A stretch of 64,000 bases of DNA. Origin: Eledone cirrhosa. Lineage: Eukaryota. Below the pieces are notes generated by a model, which saw only the letters and a list, made by a program, of their open reading frames with translations, was not told the DNA's origin and ran no database searches. A program made the position numbers and the translations under genes. This document shows, piece after piece, positions 62,061 through 64,000 of this stretch; position 1 is the stretch's first letter; each line of letters opens with the position of its first letter. Location: contig OZ024743.1 in assembly GCA_964016885.1 (NCBI GenBank), positions 184,326,001 through 184,390,000 on the forward strand. Direction: 5' to 3'.

Positions 62061-62098
62061 GCCCTGATGAGTCCTTAATAGGACGAAACATTGTCGGC
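62061..62098 (+). ncRNA. Minimal type I hammerhead ribozyme
   Basis: gcc-CTGATGA-gtcct taat aggac-GAAA-c att g-TC-ggc; fully canonical core; GUC triplet. Confidence 0.92.
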
Positions 62099-62175
62099 TA
62101 ATAAAAACTTTTGATGTATTAAAGGATTCTTTGTTTTACTCTCTTAATATATATATATATATATGTATATATATA

Positions 62176-62246
<71 letters not shown>

Positions 62247-62271
62247 GTAAATATATATGTATATATATATG

Positions 62272-62360
<89 letters not shown>

Positions 62361-62361
<1 letters not shown>

Positions 62362-64000
62362 TCACTGCTTGACTTTATGAATGAGTTTTATTGTCTCAAC
62401 TTGTCCTTGCACCAATGAGACATCAGAAGAACATTCTGCATCTAGTGTTTAGTAACCACACTAACACTATACATAATATTACAATGGAAAAACCCCTTCT
62501 CTCAGACCATGACATGGTTCTTTGTAACCTGAGATTCCACCAGCCGAAAGCTAATCCCAGGGTCCTCTCTCCAGCCCACCCATTTGATAACATGGATCTC
62601 TACAATGCCAACTGGGATGCAATTATGAACAAACTATCACATGTCGACTGGTCTTTTACACACGCACACACTTCCACCAACATCAAAACATCTTGTCAGA
62701 TCTTTGTAGACCCTGTCAAAAATATTTGTACAAAACACACCCCACCAACACCTGTGAACAAACCAAGTGCAGTTTCCCTCAAAACAGATAAACAATTATC
62801 AGAAAAATAAAAAGAACAAATAAACAAATTAACACACTAAAATACTGCCAGCAGCAACACACACATTCGATGGCTATCGCTCTGCTTGTGTAAAAAAAAT
62901 ATAACCTCCAGCAATGCAGGATGACCATCAACAATAACCAGAGAATAGCTGAAGAGAGGTGGGAAATTGAGAAAATCAAACTGAACCCTAAAGTGTTCTT
63001 TTGCTAAAAAAACACAAGGTCACCGTCTCCACTGTTGGCCCCCTAGTTGATGAAAATGGCACACTCCAAGACAATGCCAAAACCATAGGCGAGATACTGC
63101 AGAAACAATACTGATCTGTTTTCAGCAACCCTGATATGGCCGATCTGGGCCGTATCAGTGATGTTAATCCCCAACATACTATCTCAGACATAATGTTTGG
63201 TGCCCCTGATGTCTTAGCAGCAATAAACGAAATTAAACACAATTCAGCAGTAGGCCCTGACAGGTTCCCTGCTTGTGTCCTGAAGGTGTGTCGACACCAA
63301 CTTGCATCTCCTCTTATTAATCTGTGGAGGAACTCACTGGACACTGGTTATATTCCTGAAAACTTTCTGTCCCAGTCCGTTGTCCCAGTCTTCAAAAAGG
63401 GAAATAAGTCCCTTGCAGTGAACTACCGTCCGATCTCACTCACCTCTCATATTATCAAGGAATTTGAAAGGGTGGTGAGATCACGAATAACCCACTTTCT
63501 TGAAAGCAACGGCCTGCTGAACTCCAACCAACATGGGTTCCGTAATGGAAGGGACTGCCTAACGCAGCCCCTGCATCATTTTGACGATGTTTTGAGAGCC
63601 TTGGGAGAGGGCTCCAACACTGATGTCATCTACCTTGATTTCAGCAAGGCCTTTGACAGGGTTGATCATAAGATCCTACTGAAAAAACTATCCAATGTTG
63701 GTGTCTCTGGAAGGTTACTACAGCGGATCAAATGTTTCCTGACACGCAGAACCCAGCATGTTGTAGTCGAAGGAGTAAAATCAAGCCCTGCCAAAGTCAG
63801 CAGTAGCGTCCCACAAGGCACTGTGTTGGGCCCACTTCTTTTCATCATCTACATTAATGACATTACTGACATCATCAAGCACAGCAACATTAGAATCTTC
63901 GTAGATGATTCCAAGCTCCAAAGGGTCATCAATGAGGTGGGTGACCGGACTTGCCTTCAGTCAGACCTACTGGCTGTTATCCAATGGGCAGAAATGAATA
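62361..64000 (+). pseudogene. Decayed 5'-truncated copy of the 9117-13820 LINE family (ORF2), running off the window
   Basis: SDHDMVLC..HPFD.MD..NANW and downstream DFSKAFD/VPQGTVLGP DNA homologous to ORF2; stops and frameshifts. Confidence 0.92.

Larger units (their letters stand above)
57421..62148 (+). mobile_element. 5'-truncated Penelope-like element with ~975-bp inverted terminal repeats (57521-58494 / 61171-62148)
   Basis: Reverse-complement arms each with an HHR; RT remnant begins YRDDAL at 58493; GIY-YIG ORF follows. Confidence 0.9.

Overview
AT-rich, microsatellite-saturated eukaryotic DNA. The SINE motifs and composition suggest a cephalopod/octopus genome, but that is inference. 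No host gene is visible, and nearly all short ORFs in the track are translations of (TA)n/(CA)n repeats. The window is a nest of retroelements separated by (TA)n tracts. It holds one apparently intact two-ORF APE/RT LINE (minus strand, ~9.1-13.8 kb) plus a decayed copy, at least seven Penelope-like element (PLE; RT and/or C-terminal GIY-YIG) insertions including a ~12-kb head-to-head palindrome, tRNA-derived SINEs and a U6 3'-end fragment. The main signal is invisible to the ORF track: by eye I find about 24 type I hammerhead ribozyme (HHR) motifs with intact cores and about 9 degenerate ones, from more than a dozen sequence families. Some sit in PLE terminal repeats. Others sit in non-coding 435-680-nt monomers in tandem or inverted arrays, most strikingly eight near-identical ~486-nt HHR-bearing units at 5198-9088. 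These look like several families of non-LTR retrozymes (candidate self-cleaving, circular-RNA-forming retroelements) beside PLEs that could mobilise them. The LINE also shows a plausible -1 frameshift between ORF1 and ORF2. All folding and alignment was done by eye; no searches were run.
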